A stretch of DNA of 64,000 nt from the NCBI GenBank assembly GCA_016206925.1, contig JACQQS010000052.1:208-64207 (forward strand), written 5' to 3'. This DNA is from Candidatus Omnitrophota bacterium (lineage in GTDB: Bacteria; Omnitrophota; Omnitrophia; Omnitrophales; JACQQS01). Both the position numbers and the translations under genes were made by a program. The notes beneath the pieces are model-generated. The model did not search any database, had not been told where the DNA came from, and saw only the letters and a program-made list of their open reading frames with translations. Below, in pieces: positions 34,588 through 44,619 of the stretch; position 1 is the first letter of the stretch; each line of letters begins with the position of its first letter.

Positions 34588-36261
34588 TTAGGATGTGACG
34601 GCGCCTTGGGTGGCGGAGCTGACAAGGCGGTCGTATTTAGCCATGACGCCGCTTGTGTAGCGCGGCTTGGGGGGCTTCCAGGATTTAAGGCGGGATTTAA
34701 TTTCCTTGGCGGTGAGTTTCACGTCGAGTCTGCGATTTGGAATATCGAAAACAATCGTATCGCCGTTTCTGAGAGCAGCAATCGGCCCGCCCTTTGCTGC
34801 TTCGGGGGCAACATGGCCGGCCATGAGGCCGTGTGTTGCGCCTGAGAACCTTCCGTCGGTAAGAAGCGCCACACTTTCTCCGAGCCCTTCGCCGACGATC
34901 GCGGCTGTCACGCCCAGCATTTCGCGCATTCCAGGCCCGCCCTGCGGCCCTTCGTAGCGGATCGCAACGACGTCGCCTGGCTTTATTTTTCCGGCTTTGA
35001 CAGCCTTGAACGCATCTTCCTCACGGTCAAAAACTTTTGCTTTTCCTTCAAACGTTTTGTAATCAAGCCCGGCCACTTTTAACACTCCGCCTTCCGGAGC
35101 AAGATTTCCTTTTAAGATAACGAGCCCGCCGGTGGGTGAGAGCGGTCTTGTAAGCGGCATCAAAACCTCCTGGCCCGGCGTTTCGCTGGCCTCTTTTGCT
35201 TCTTCCCCGATATTTCTGCCAGTGACGGTAATACATTCTTTATTGAGAAGCCCAGCATCGAGCAGTCTCTTTGCGACCAGACGAATTCCTCCTGCCCTGT
35301 AGAGATCGGGCGCAGTAAACCGGCCGGCCGGCTTTAAATCAGCGAGAAGCGGCGTCTTTCGGCTTAAGCGGTCAAAGTCTTCTATCGAAAGTTTTATTCC
35401 CGCCTCGTGCGCAATGGCAAGCAGATGGAGAACGGAATTTGTGGAGCCGCCGGTCATGGCCACTGACCGTATGGCATTTTCAATAGATTTTCGAGTAATA
35501 ATCTCACTTGGCCTCAAATCCGCTTGGATCAAGTCCATCACAAGCCTTCCGGCGCGGTATGCTTCTTCGTCTTTTCTGGGATCCATGGCGGGAACGGCGT
35601 TTCCGTCCATGGGTGAAATGCCCATGACTTCGAAAACGGTGGACATCGTGTTGGCTGTGAATTGCCCGCCGCAGGAGCCGGCATTGGGGCAGGCCACGTC
35701 TTCAAGCGCGTGAAGTTCCTGCTCAGAAATTTTCCCCTTCGCAAATTTTCCGACCGCTTCAAACACATCCTGGATCGTGACATCTTTCCCGTTGAATTTT
35801 CCGGGATCGATCGAACCGCCGTAAAGCATAAGCGACGGCACATCGATACGAATCAGCGCCATGACGGTGCCGGGAATCGTTTTGTCGCAGCCAGAGATTG
35901 CCACCATGCCGTCGAACATATGCCCGCGCGCCATGAGCTCGATCGAGTCAGCGACAACTTCGCGGCTAATGAGGGAAGTTTTCATGCCTTCCGTGCCCAT
36001 GGTGATCCCGTCAGAAATGGCGATGGTGTTAAATTCCATTGGCGTGCCGCCCGCCGCGCGGACGCCTTCCTTGACTCTCTGGCTGAGGCGGCGGAGATGG
36101 AAATTGCACGGTGTAGTCTCGATCCAGGTATTGGCAATGCCGATGATGGGTTTGCGCAGGTCGTCGTTGCTGAATCCCATCGCTTTAAACATTGCACGCG
36201 CCGGTGCGCGGTCCGGACCTTCGAGAATCGTCTGACTTGGCCGTTTCTTCTTTTCTGGCAT
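34588..36261 (-). CDS. ilvD: dihydroxy-acid dehydratase
   Basis: 557 aa from [24 protein letters not shown]. Motifs [23 protein letters not shown] and [13 protein letters not shown]. The start at 36261 is preferred over 36291 because AAGGA lies 8 nt upstream. Confidence 0.95.
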   Translation of the reverse strand: MPEKKKRPSQTILEGPDRAPARAMFKAMGFSNDDLRKPIIGIANTWIETTPCNFHLRRLSQRVKEGVRAAGGTPMEFNTIAISDGITMGTEGMKTSLISREVVADSIELMARGHMFDGMVAISGCDKTIPGTVMALIRIDVPSLMLYGGSIDPGKFNGKDVTIQDVFEAVGKFAKGKISEQELHALEDVACPNAGSCGGQFTANTMSTVFEVMGISPMDGNAVPAMDPRKDEEAYRAGRLVMDLIQADLRPSEIITRKSIENAIRSVAMTGGSTNSVLHLLAIAHEAGIKLSIEDFDRLSRKTPLLADLKPAGRFTAPDLYRAGGIRLVAKRLLDAGLLNKECITVTGRNIGEEAKEASETPGQEVLMPLTRPLSPTGGLVILKGNLAPEGGVLKVAGLDYKTFEGKAKVFDREEDAFKAVKAGKIKPGDVVAIRYEGPQGGPGMREMLGVTAAIVGEGLGESVALLTDGRFSGATHGLMAGHVAPEAAKGGPIAALRNGDTIVFDIPNRRLDVKLTAKEIKSRLKSWKPPKPRYTSGVMAKYDRLVSSATQGAVTS

Positions 36262-36337
36262 GAATGATTCCTTTAATTTGAAGGAGCGCATTGTATCAGA
36301 TGAACAAACGAATTTACAATTCTATGGCCGAATATGC

Positions 36338-36361
36338 AATAGTCGCCCTGGGGCGACTATT
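36338..36361. promoter_or_regulatory. perfect palindrome AATAGTCGCC-CTGG-GGCGACTATT in the divergent ilvD/ilvB control region
   Basis: 10-bp arms with a 4-nt spacer, read directly. It lies 50 nt upstream of the predicted ilvB -35 box. Confidence 0.4.
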
Positions 36362-36410
36362 TAGCTTAATCAATGCGCTTCAATCACTTACGTTTTCGAA
36401 GGCACGAAGC

Positions 36411-36438
36411 TTGACTTAGAAAAGTCTTGTGTTAGAAT
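36411..36438 (+). promoter_or_regulatory. candidate sigma-70 promoter of the ilvB operon
   Basis: TTGACT (36411-36416), a 16-nt spacer, then TAGAAT (36433-36438). It lies 60 nt upstream of the ilvB ATG. Confidence 0.5.
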
Positions 36439-36498
36439 GCTCAGTTATCTTTGCGCACTTTTGCTAAGTGCCCTAAATAAAATGGGTTATCGCAATTT

Positions 36499-38175
36499 AT
36501 GAAGCTAAAAGGTAAGGATATTGTCATCGAAAGCCTGAAAAAGGAAGGCGTCGAAATGGTCTTCGGCCTTCCGGGCGGGGCAATTCTGCCTACATTTGAT
36601 GCCCTGTATGATTCGGGAATCAAGCTAATCTTGGTCCGGCACGAACAGGGCGCTACGCACATGGCTGACGGGTTTGCGCGCGCAACAGGGAAGCCGGCTG
36701 TCGTTATGGTAACTTCCGGTCCCGGCGCGACCAATACCGTGACCGGTCTCGCGACGGCCTACATGGATTCCATTCCTATGATTTGCATTACCGGACAAGT
36801 GGCGACGCACCTCATCGGAAACGATGCATTTCAGGAAGCAGATGTTACCGGCATCACACGGCCGGTCACCAAGCATAATTTTTTGGTGAGAGATGTTAAA
36901 GACCTTGCCCGTACGATTAAGGAAGCGTTTCATATCGCTACCACAGGACGTCCGGGCCCCGTTTTGATCGATCTGCCCGTCGATGTTTCGCGCGCGGAAT
37001 GTGAGTTTGAATATCCGAAAAGCGTCGAGATTCGCGGTTATCATCCGGTGGTGGAGGGTCACCCCCTTCAAATAAAGAAAGCCGCGGATCTTATCCATGC
37101 GTCCAAAAGGCCGGTGCTTTACGTGGGCGGCGGGGCGGTCATATCCGGCGCGCATGCGGAATTAAAAGAGCTTGCCGAGAAGACGACGATTCCGGTGACA
37201 ACGACGGTGATGGCGCTCGGTGTCTTTGACGAATGTTCCGATCTTTCACTGCGTATGCTGGGCATGCACGGATCCATGTACGCCAATTACTCGGTGCAGA
37301 ATTCGGATCTGCTGATCGCGGTGGGTTCAAGATTTGACGATCGCGTTACCGGAAAATTGGACATGTTTGCGCCCAAAGCCAAGATTATTCATATTGATAT
37401 CGACCCCTCATCCATTTCGAAGAACGTTAAAGTCGATGTGCCGATTGTGGGTGATGTGAAATGCGTTTTGCGTGAGTTGAATAAGCACGTAAAGAAGCTG
37501 GATATTGCGGAGTGGCATGCGCAGATTAACGAATGGAAGCGGAAGCACCCATTTAAATATAAGCAGGATCCGAACGGCGGCCTTACGTCGCAGTATGTCA
37601 TTGATCAGCTGGGCGAGGCGACGGATCACAATGCATATGTAACAACCGGTGTCGGCCAGCACCAGATGTGGGCAGCTCAATGGTACAAATTCCGCAAGCC
37701 GCGTTCCATGATCACCTCCGGCGGGCTTGGGACTATGGGTTACGGATTTCCTGCTGCCATCGGCGCACAGTTTGCCCGGCCGAACGACACGGTCATCTGT
37801 ATCGACGGCGACGGTTCGTTTCAAATGACCATGTTTGAACTGCCGACGGCGGCGCATTACAAAATTCCGGTGAAGGTGGCCATTCTGGACAACAAGTATC
37901 TCGGTATGGTCCGCCAGTGGCAGGAACTTTTCTATCAGAACCGCTACTCGGGCTCGGAGCTGGGTTCCTCCAATCCTGATTTCGTGAAAATGGCCGAGGC
38001 TTGTGGCGTTAAAGGTATTTATTGCGACAAAGTTTCCGGAGTGCGGCCGACGATTGACGCGGCGCTCAAGCACCATGGGCCCGTCGTCATGCATTTTGCG
38101 GTGATTCCGCAGGATAATGTCTATCCCATGGTTCCGGCCGGCCACGCGCTCGACAGTATCATTGACATGGCGTAA
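36499..38175 (+). CDS. ilvB: acetolactate synthase (biosynthetic) large subunit
   Basis: 558 aa. ThDP enzyme motifs GLPGGAILP, HEQGATHMADGFARATG and GGLGTMGYGFPAAIGA...DGDGSFQM. Confidence 0.95.
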   Translation: MKLKGKDIVIESLKKEGVEMVFGLPGGAILPTFDALYDSGIKLILVRHEQGATHMADGFARATGKPAVVMVTSGPGATNTVTGLATAYMDSIPMICITGQVATHLIGNDAFQEADVTGITRPVTKHNFLVRDVKDLARTIKEAFHIATTGRPGPVLIDLPVDVSRAECEFEYPKSVEIRGYHPVVEGHPLQIKKAADLIHASKRPVLYVGGGAVISGAHAELKELAEKTTIPVTTTVMALGVFDECSDLSLRMLGMHGSMYANYSVQNSDLLIAVGSRFDDRVTGKLDMFAPKAKIIHIDIDPSSISKNVKVDVPIVGDVKCVLRELNKHVKKLDIAEWHAQINEWKRKHPFKYKQDPNGGLTSQYVIDQLGEATDHNAYVTTGVGQHQMWAAQWYKFRKPRSMITSGGLGTMGYGFPAAIGAQFARPNDTVICIDGDGSFQMTMFELPTAAHYKIPVKVAILDNKYLGMVRQWQELFYQNRYSGSELGSSNPDFVKMAEACGVKGIYCDKVSGVRPTIDAALKHHGPVVMHFAVIPQDNVYPMVPAGHALDSIIDMA

Positions 38176-38231
38176 GAGAGCTATCAGCTATCAGCTGTCA
38201 GCTTTCAGCTAACAGCTCAGACCAAGGAGCA
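38176..38231. repeat. cassette D: the whole ilvB-ilvN spacer is an in-phase heptad array (AGAGAGC TATCAGC TATCAGC TGTCAGC TTTCAGC TAACAGC TCAGACC AAGGAGC)
   Basis: Eight 7-nt units were read directly. The unit core CAGCT is self-complementary, so the two halves can pair. The last unit is the ilvN SD. Confidence 0.7.
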
Positions 38232-38234
38232 CAC

Positions 38235-38771
38235 ATGAAACACACGATTGCATGTTTGGTGGAAAATCATTCGGGCGTGCTGGCCCGGATTTCGGGGCTT
38301 TTCTCAGCGCGCGGTTTTAACATCGACAGCCTGGCCGTCGGAACAACGACGGATCCGAGCGTTTCGCGCATGACTATTGTCACGCGCGGCGATGAAAAGG
38401 TGCTCGAGCAAATCATAAAACAACTCAATAAAGTCGTTGACGTCATCAAAGTGGCGGATATGACTACGGAAGAAACCATTGACCGCGAACTCATTCTGGT
38501 CAAGGTGAATACGACGACCAGCACGCGAAGCGACATTATGCAGATCACGAATACGTTCCGCGCCAAAATCGTGGATGTCAGTCCGAACTGGATGACGCTT
38601 GAGTCGACAGGAACGACAAGCAAGGTAGACGCCATGCTGGAGCTGCTTCAGCCCTACGGCATTCGGGAAATCGCGCGTACCGGCCTTATTTCCGTGGCGC
38701 GCAGGACCGATTTAAGCAGCACCGGCAAGAAGGGACAGTCAAAAAAGATAGCCAAAGAAGAAATAGTGTAG
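38235..38771 (+). CDS. ilvN: acetolactate synthase small (regulatory) subunit
   Basis: 178 aa. ACT domain HTIACLVENHSGVLARISGLFSARGFNIDSLAVG and the C-terminal ALS_ss_C region. Confidence 0.9.
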   Translation: MKHTIACLVENHSGVLARISGLFSARGFNIDSLAVGTTTDPSVSRMTIVTRGDEKVLEQIIKQLNKVVDVIKVADMTTEETIDRELILVKVNTTTSTRSDIMQITNTFRAKIVDVSPNWMTLESTGTTSKVDAMLELLQPYGIREIARTGLISVARRTDLSSTGKKGQSKKIAKEEIV

Positions 38772-38773
38772 CC

Positions 38774-38808
38774 GGGGCGCCGCGCGGTCGGCGCAGTGCC
38801 CCGCCTAC
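38774..38808. repeat. GC-rich hairpin plus GCCCCGCCTAC motif between ilvN and ilvC
   Basis: GGGGCGCCG...CGGCGCAGTGCCCC followed by GCCTAC. The 12-mer TGCCCCGCCTAC recurs at 42393-42404 in the same position relative to a start codon. Confidence 0.5.
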
Positions 38809-38820
38809 TAAGGGGGTTAC

Positions 38821-39849
38821 ATGATTAAAATCTACTACGACAAAGATGCGGACGTAAACGTTTTAAAAGGCAAACGAACGGCCATCATCGGTTACGGAAT
38901 TCAGGGGCGCGGTCAGGGCTTGAATTTACGGGACAGCGGCGTCGACGTCATCATTTCGCAGCGGCCCGGCGGGAAAAATTACGATATCGCCGTCGAAGAC
39001 GGATGGAAGCCCGTGCTGGCGGAAGAAGCCGCAAAGCAGGCCGATATCATTCAGATTTTGGCCCAGGACCATCTTCAAGCGGAAATTTATGAGAAGAGCG
39101 TGAAGCCGCATCTCAGGCCGGGCAAGGCGCTTCTCTTTTCTCACGGGTTCAATATTCATTTTGGCTACATTAAACCGCCGAAAGACATCGATGTTTACAT
39201 GGTGGCGCCCAAAGGCCCGGGGAGTTTGGTGCGGAATCAATATGTGGAAGGCAAGGGGGTCCCCTGCCTGGTCGCTATTCATCAAAACGCGACGGGAAAC
39301 GCGCTGAAACTGGCATTGGCACACGCCAAGGCCATCGGCGGAACGCGCGCTGGAGTTATTGAAACGAATTTTCGCGAAGAGACCGAAACCGATCTTTTCG
39401 GCGAACAGGTCGTGCTTTGCGGCGGATTGAGCGAACTCATCCGCGCGGGGTTTGAGACGCTGGTTGAAGCGGGATATGCTCCGGAAATGGCTTATTTCGA
39501 ATGCCTGCATGAGGTGAAACTGATTACGGACGGCGTTTTTGAGTCCGGCATAAGCGGCATGCACCGGCGCGTTTCGGATACGGCGGAATACGGCGATTAC
39601 ACGCGCGGCAAGCGCATCATTAATAAGGAAACCAGGCAGGAAATGAAAAAGATTCTGGAAGAAATCCGTTCCGGAAAATTTGCCAAGGAATGGATGGAAG
39701 AAAATAAGACGGGCCGGAGAAATTACAATAAGTGCCGCGAGGAATGCGACAAACACCCGATTGAAAAGGTGGGTGCCGAGCTCCGCAAAATGATGGGATG
39801 GGTCATCGAAGCTTCCAAGAATGTGGTCGGAGCGGGAATGAAGCGATGA
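38821..39849 (+). CDS. ilvC: ketol-acid reductoisomerase
   Basis: 342 aa. [26 protein letters not shown] and [12 protein letters not shown]. Confidence 0.95.
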   Translation: MIKIYYDKDADVNVLKGKRTAIIGYGIQGRGQGLNLRDSGVDVIISQRPGGKNYDIAVEDGWKPVLAEEAAKQADIIQILAQDHLQAEIYEKSVKPHLRPGKALLFSHGFNIHFGYIKPPKDIDVYMVAPKGPGSLVRNQYVEGKGVPCLVAIHQNATGNALKLALAHAKAIGGTRAGVIETNFREETETDLFGEQVVLCGGLSELIRAGFETLVEAGYAPEMAYFECLHEVKLITDGVFESGISGMHRRVSDTAEYGDYTRGKRIINKETRQEMKKILEEIRSGKFAKEWMEENKTGRRNYNKCREECDKHPIEKVGAELRKMMGWVIEASKNVVGAGMKR

Positions 39850-41408
39850 AGGTTAAGGGTAGAAAGATTTACATATTTGATACGACGCTTCGAGACGGGG
39901 AGCAGTCGCCGGGGTGTAGTCTGACGCCGGTCGAGAAGCTGGAAGTTGCCGAACAGCTCGAGCGGTTAAACGTAGATATCATTGAAGCAGGTTTTCCCGC
40001 AGCATCTCCGGGCGAAGTAGAGGCCATTAAGAAACTTTCGCGTAGAGTTAAAAAGCCCGTCATATGTGCGTTGGCCCGCTGCATACGGAAAGACATCGAT
40101 TTTGTCCGTGAGGCATTGAAATACACGAAGCGCCCGCGATGCCATGTTTTTCTGGCCACTTCCAAGATTCACCGTGAATTTAAACTCCGCAAGCCCAAGG
40201 AAGAACTTGTCCAGATCGCCTCTGAACATGTGGCCTACGCGAAGAAATATTTTTTCGACGTGGAATTTTCGCCCGAAGACGCAGCGCGCACGGAGTATGA
40301 TTTTCTGATTCAGGTTGTGCGGGCGGCCATCGATGCCGGAGCAACCACCATTAACATTCCGGACACCGTTGGCTATGCGATCCCGAGCGAGTTCGGCGAA
40401 TTGATCCGCCAGCTGGTCGAATCCATCCCCGAGTTTAATCCGGAAAATCCGAAAGTAAATTTAAGCGTGCATTGCCACAATGATCTCGGCCTGGCCGTGG
40501 CTAATTCCGTCGCTGCGGTTAAGAACGGGGCCAATCAGGTGGAGTGCACGGTGAACGGCATCGGCGAGCGCGCGGGAAACGCTTCCATGGAAGAAATTGT
40601 GATGATCATTGATACGCGGGCTGACTTTATGGATTGTTACACCGACATCAACCTGGCCGAAATCACGAAATCCTCCCAGGCTGTTTCACGTCTGACCGGA
40701 ATGCTGGTGCAGGCAAACAAGGCGATTGTCGGGAAAAACGCGTTTGCGCATGAATCCGGCATCCATCAGGACGGCGTATTGAAAAAGCGCATCACGTATG
40801 AAATCATCGATCCGGCCAGAATCGGCCTTAAGGGCAGCAATATCGTTTTGGGCAAGCATTCAGGCCGGCATGCATTTCGTGAGCGCCTCACGAAGCTCGG
40901 GTATCAATTGAGCGATGCGCAGGTGGATCATGCTTTTGCGCATTTTAAGCAGATTGCCGATCAGAAGAAGGATGTTTATGACGAAGATCTGCATGCTATC
41001 GTTGCCGACGAACTGGCCCGCGCCGCTCAAATGTGGCATCTGGTCTCTTTTGAGGCCGCGGTTCATGCCGGCGGGACGGCAAAAGCGACGGTCACGCTCA
41101 GAAAGAGCGGAAAGAATTTTTCCGCTTCCGCCACCGGCGACGGTCCGGTCGATGCCAGCTGCCGGGCTGTAGAAAAAATTACCAAATGCGAAGGCCGCAT
41201 AAGAAAATTTTCCATCCAGGCCATCACGGCGGGCAAGGATGCGATGGGTGAGGCAACGGTCACGGTCCGCGCGAAGGGTCTCGAAGTGACCGGCCGCGGT
41301 TCGAGCACCGATATCATTGAGGCCAGCATAAAGGCCTACCTTTACGCCATGAATCGCATTCTGGCGATGACGGCCAAGCCCCGCAGGCAGCAGCTGAGCC
41401 AGGTGTGA
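39846..41408 (+). CDS. leuA: 2-isopropylmalate synthase
   Basis: 520 aa from [23 protein letters not shown]. Motifs [13 protein letters not shown] and the C-terminal LeuA dimerisation domain. ATGA overlap with ilvC. Confidence 0.95.
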   Translation: MKVKGRKIYIFDTTLRDGEQSPGCSLTPVEKLEVAEQLERLNVDIIEAGFPAASPGEVEAIKKLSRRVKKPVICALARCIRKDIDFVREALKYTKRPRCHVFLATSKIHREFKLRKPKEELVQIASEHVAYAKKYFFDVEFSPEDAARTEYDFLIQVVRAAIDAGATTINIPDTVGYAIPSEFGELIRQLVESIPEFNPENPKVNLSVHCHNDLGLAVANSVAAVKNGANQVECTVNGIGERAGNASMEEIVMIIDTRADFMDCYTDINLAEITKSSQAVSRLTGMLVQANKAIVGKNAFAHESGIHQDGVLKKRITYEIIDPARIGLKGSNIVLGKHSGRHAFRERLTKLGYQLSDAQVDHAFAHFKQIADQKKDVYDEDLHAIVADELARAAQMWHLVSFEAAVHAGGTAKATVTLRKSGKNFSASATGDGPVDASCRAVEKITKCEGRIRKFSIQAITAGKDAMGEATVTVRAKGLEVTGRGSSTDIIEASIKAYLYAMNRILAMTAKPRRQQLSQV

Positions 41409-42376
41409 GCAGGCTGGTCGCCGAAACTCCAGAGAAAAATATCTTGGGAACCGTACGAAAGCGTCATTGGGCCGCTGATTACAAGCTTTACGCCATTTTC
41501 GGGTATCCTCTCAAGCATACCTTTTCTCCCGTCATGCACAACAAGGCGTTTAAGGCGCTGGGTTTGGACAGTTACTACATTGATATTCCTATCAGGCCCG
41601 AGCGGTTTAAGCGCATCCGGCGCAATTTAAGAAACGCGCCGCTGGACGGATTCAATCTTACTGTACCGCACAAGGAACTGATTGTAAAAGTGCTCGACTC
41701 GGTTGATCGTGAAGCCGGACAGATCGGCGCGGTCAACACGGTGCTCGTCAAGAGAACGAATCAAATAAATCAGACGATCGGCAGGGGGGCCCGGCTGATC
41801 GGCTACAACACGGATACGTATGGTTTCCGGGAAGCATTGCGCCGCGAAGCACGGTTCAACGTGCACGGCAAATCCGTTTTGGTTCTGGGCGCGGGCGGCG
41901 CAGCACGCGCTTGCGTGCAAGCATTAATAAAAGAAGGCGTCCGGCAAATCATCATCGCCAATAGAACCGTCTCAAAAGCGCGCCGGCTGATCAGCGATTT
42001 TTCGCGTTTTGCGCGGAAGCGCGGCGCAAGACTGCTTCTTTCGCAGTCGGCGACGAAGGGCTGCCATTTGAACATATCCGGCGTGGATTTGGTTGTGAAT
42101 TCAACTTCGCTTGGACTTAAGAAAAGCGACCCTTTGCCTATTAAGCTTGGACTATTGCCAAAGAGGAAGTTATTAATCTTTGACTTAATTTATAATCCGT
42201 CCCGGACGAAATTATTACGCGAGGCATCGAAGAGAGGCTATCGGACGATGAACGGACTTCCGATGCTTCTCTATCAAGGCGCAAAGGCTTTTGAGATTTG
42301 GACGGGAAAACAAGCGCCTATTCATGTCATGAGGAAAGCATTAAACAATGTAGCCAGAGCGTCTCGCTCCGGTTAA
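41405..42376 (+). CDS. aroE: shikimate dehydrogenase
   Basis: 323 aa with a GTG start overlapping the leuA stop. FGYPLKHTFSPVMHNKAF, GFNLTVPHK, GAVNTV and VLGAGGAARA. Confidence 0.85.
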   Translation: MSRLVAETPEKNILGTVRKRHWAADYKLYAIFGYPLKHTFSPVMHNKAFKALGLDSYYIDIPIRPERFKRIRRNLRNAPLDGFNLTVPHKELIVKVLDSVDREAGQIGAVNTVLVKRTNQINQTIGRGARLIGYNTDTYGFREALRREARFNVHGKSVLVLGAGGAARACVQALIKEGVRQIIIANRTVSKARRLISDFSRFARKRGARLLLSQSATKGCHLNISGVDLVVNSTSLGLKKSDPLPIKLGLLPKRKLLIFDLIYNPSRTKLLREASKRGYRTMNGLPMLLYQGAKAFEIWTGKQAPIHVMRKALNNVARASRSG

Positions 42377-42381
42377 GATCT

Positions 42382-42408
42382 GCGGGGCAAGATGCCCCGC
42401 CTACAAAT
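42382..42408. repeat. GC hairpin GCGGGGC-AAGAT-GCCCCGC plus CTACAAAT directly abutting the pilD ATG
   Basis: 7-bp stem, read directly. It shares TGCCCCGCCTAC with 38797-38808. There is no SD between the hairpin and the ATG at 42409. Confidence 0.5.
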
Positions 42409-43215
42409 ATGGCAGACATTCTGGGTTTACCTCAATTTTTTTGGATCACGTTGATTTTTGCATTGGGCGCCTGCATCGGCAGTTTTCTAAACGTGTGCAT
42501 ATTCCGCTGGCCGCAGGAAGAGCTTTCTATCGTTAGGCCAAGATCGTTTTGTCCGAGCTGTAAGGAAATGATTGCGTGGTACGACAATATTCCGGTGGTA
42601 AGTTTCATTTTACTGCGCGGGCGGTGCCGGCGCTGTGCGTGGAGGATCTCGCCGCATTATCCGCTTGTAGAATTATTGTATGCGCTGATTTTTGTCTGGT
42701 TTTTCACGACACACGGTTTTACCGCAAGGTTTGCGTTTAATTCCGTTTTCATGGCGCTTCTCCTGATCGCGACGATCACGGATTTTCAAACGCGCATCAT
42801 CCCGGACGAGGTGAGCTTTTACGGAATTTTGTTCGCAATGTTGATGAGTTTTATTTTTCCGGGCTTGCAGAATGAAACAGGACATAAATTGGCTCTGGCC
42901 GATGCCACGCTCGGCGTACTTTTAGGCGGCGGGCTTTTGTATATTATCGCGGTTGTGGGCGATGCCATGTTTAAGCGGGAAAGCATGGGCGGCGGCGATA
43001 TAAAATTGCTTGCGATGATCGGCGCATTCCTGGGTTACCGTTTCGTTTTTCCGACGATGTTTTTCGCATCGCTGCTTGGCTCGGCTATCGGGATTTTTTT
43101 GAAGTTGACGCGAAAGGAAGAAACCATTGCTTTCGGACCGTATTTGGCAATGGGCGCAGTTGTATTGCTGCTTTGGGGCGATTGGTTGCTACAGAGGTTC
43201 TTTCCATTTCTTTGA
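42409..43215 (+). CDS. pilD: prepilin peptidase / N-methyltransferase (A24 family)
   Basis: 268 aa from MADILGLPQFFW. Motifs GSFLNVCIFRWP and the Cys box CPSCKEMIAWYDNIPVVSF...GRCRRC. Catalytic Asp contexts ITDFQTRIIPD and GGGDIKLLAMIG. Confidence 0.85.
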   Translation: MADILGLPQFFWITLIFALGACIGSFLNVCIFRWPQEELSIVRPRSFCPSCKEMIAWYDNIPVVSFILLRGRCRRCAWRISPHYPLVELLYALIFVWFFTTHGFTARFAFNSVFMALLLIATITDFQTRIIPDEVSFYGILFAMLMSFIFPGLQNETGHKLALADATLGVLLGGGLLYIIAVVGDAMFKRESMGGGDIKLLAMIGAFLGYRFVFPTMFFASLLGSAIGIFLKLTRKEETIAFGPYLAMGAVVLLLWGDWLLQRFFPFL

Positions 43216-43462
43216 CGGAAGACAGTTGAGAGACGATAGACGAAGGAAGAGAGACGATGAAAAGAGCAAGAAAAACTCCGAAAACAAAAGCCTAGGATAA
43301 TGAAAATGGTATCGCATAATTGCAAAATGAAGAGTGGTGAGCAAAAATTAAATCTTTCTTTTGTACACCTTTTTGCTTTTTCTATTCTTTCCCATTATTT
43401 CCTCTCTCGCCCTTCGTCTCTCGTCCATCGTCCTTCGTCCGTCTTCCTTTCTCTGGTTCTCG
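43214..43462. repeat. hairpin-armed intercistronic cassette C (purine-rich GA-heptads on the left, complementary TCGTC-heptads on the right)
   Basis: Left arm at 43214-43276: GACGGAA GACAGTT GAGAGAC GATAGAC GAAGGAA GAGAGAC GATGAAA... Right arm at 43400-43462: TCCTCTC TCGCCCT TCGTCTC TCGTCCA TCGTCCT TCGTCCG TCTTCCT... GGAAGAC (43217-43223) pairs with GTCTTCC (43441-43447), and about 26 of the next 35 positions pair if G-U is allowed. Confidence 0.7.
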
Positions 43463-43473
43463 GAGGTTCGTAG

Positions 43474-44595
43474 ATGTTTAACTACATCACTAGTGGTGAA
43501 TCACACGGACGGTTTCTCTCGGCCATCGTGGAAGGCGTACCGAGCGGAATTGAAATGGATCTTCCCTTTATTAATCATGAGCTGGCGCGCCGGCAGGGCG
43601 GGTACGGCCGGGGCGGGCGCATGAAAATTGAAAAGGATGAAGTCCAAATCACCGCGGGTGTTTTAAAGGGCCGGACGACGGGCGCGCCCATCGGGCTTCT
43701 TCTTGAGAATAAGGACTTTAAGATCGAACAGATGCCCGAAATTTCCCGTCCGCGGCCGGGTCATGCGGATTTGGTTGGCCATTTGAAATATGGCGAGGGC
43801 ATTCGCGCTGTTCTCGAACGCGCAAGCGCTCGTGAGACTACGATGCGCGTTGCGGCCGGTGCGACTGCCAAGCTTTTGCTTCGTGAATTTAATATTGCGG
43901 CTGCAAGTCATGTTCTCGAAATCGGCGGAATTTCGGCGGATGTTCGGGGGATATCTTTTGATGAAATTGTTAAAAACGCACCCCAGTCGGAGGTGTACTG
44001 CGTTTCTGCTTCCGCATCGGAAAAAATGAAAGCGAAAATCGACGAAGCCCGGAAAAACGGAGACACGCTCGGAGGACTTCTTGAGGTCCGTGTGAAAGGC
44101 TGTCCGCCCGGCCTGGGTTCATACGTTCATTACGGGAGAAAATTGGATGCGTTGATTGCCGCCGCGATGCTTAGCATTCAAGCCGTGAAGGGCGTGACGT
44201 TTGGAATCGGCGCCGATTTCGCAAAATTGCCCGGCTCCAAAACGCACGATGAGATTGGTTACAGCAAAGATCGCGGGTATTACCGTCTCACCAATCACTT
44301 GGGCGGGATCGAAGGCGGCATGACGACGGGAGAAGAAATTGTGACTCAGGTTATTATGAAACCCATTTCCACATTGAGGACACCGCTCAAGTCGGTGGAC
44401 ATCAAAACCAAGAAAGTGGAAGAGGCCGCATACGAGCGGTCGGATATCTGTACCGTTCCGGCGCTCAGTGTGATCTGTGAAAACGTGATCATGATTGAAA
44501 TCTCGAAAGTTTTTCTTGAAAAATTCGGCGGCGACTCTCTCCGCGAAATCCAACGCAACTACCAAAGCTACCTGAAGCAACTTCAAGAGTCGTAA
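43474..44595 (+). CDS. aroC: chorismate synthase
   Basis: 373 aa. GESHGRFLSAIVEGVPSG, RRQGGYGRGGRM and RPGHADL. Confidence 0.95.
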   Translation: MFNYITSGESHGRFLSAIVEGVPSGIEMDLPFINHELARRQGGYGRGGRMKIEKDEVQITAGVLKGRTTGAPIGLLLENKDFKIEQMPEISRPRPGHADLVGHLKYGEGIRAVLERASARETTMRVAAGATAKLLLREFNIAAASHVLEIGGISADVRGISFDEIVKNAPQSEVYCVSASASEKMKAKIDEARKNGDTLGGLLEVRVKGCPPGLGSYVHYGRKLDALIAAAMLSIQAVKGVTFGIGADFAKLPGSKTHDEIGYSKDRGYYRLTNHLGGIEGGMTTGEEIVTQVIMKPISTLRTPLKSVDIKTKKVEEAAYERSDICTVPALSVICENVIMIEISKVFLEKFGGDSLREIQRNYQSYLKQLQES

Positions 44596-44619
44596 ACTAC
44601 GGCTCGCCATTTTAGCGCG

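Noticed and set aside
36482-36502. Six-codon uORF (MGYRNL) whose TGA overlaps the ilvB ATG, considered as a possible ilv leader peptide.
   Set aside because: It contains only one branched-chain residue, has no SD, and no terminator/antiterminator structure follows. It does not fit attenuation leaders.
38176-38231. Possibility that the heptad arrays are CRISPR-like arrays or integron attC sites. GTTAGGT at 12334-12340 resembles a GTTRRRY core.
   Set aside because: The period is 7 nt with no spacers, so this is not CRISPR. No intI integrase or attI site is present, and the arms flank the cargo on both sides rather than forming a single 3' attC. The core-site resemblance is a single 7-mer.
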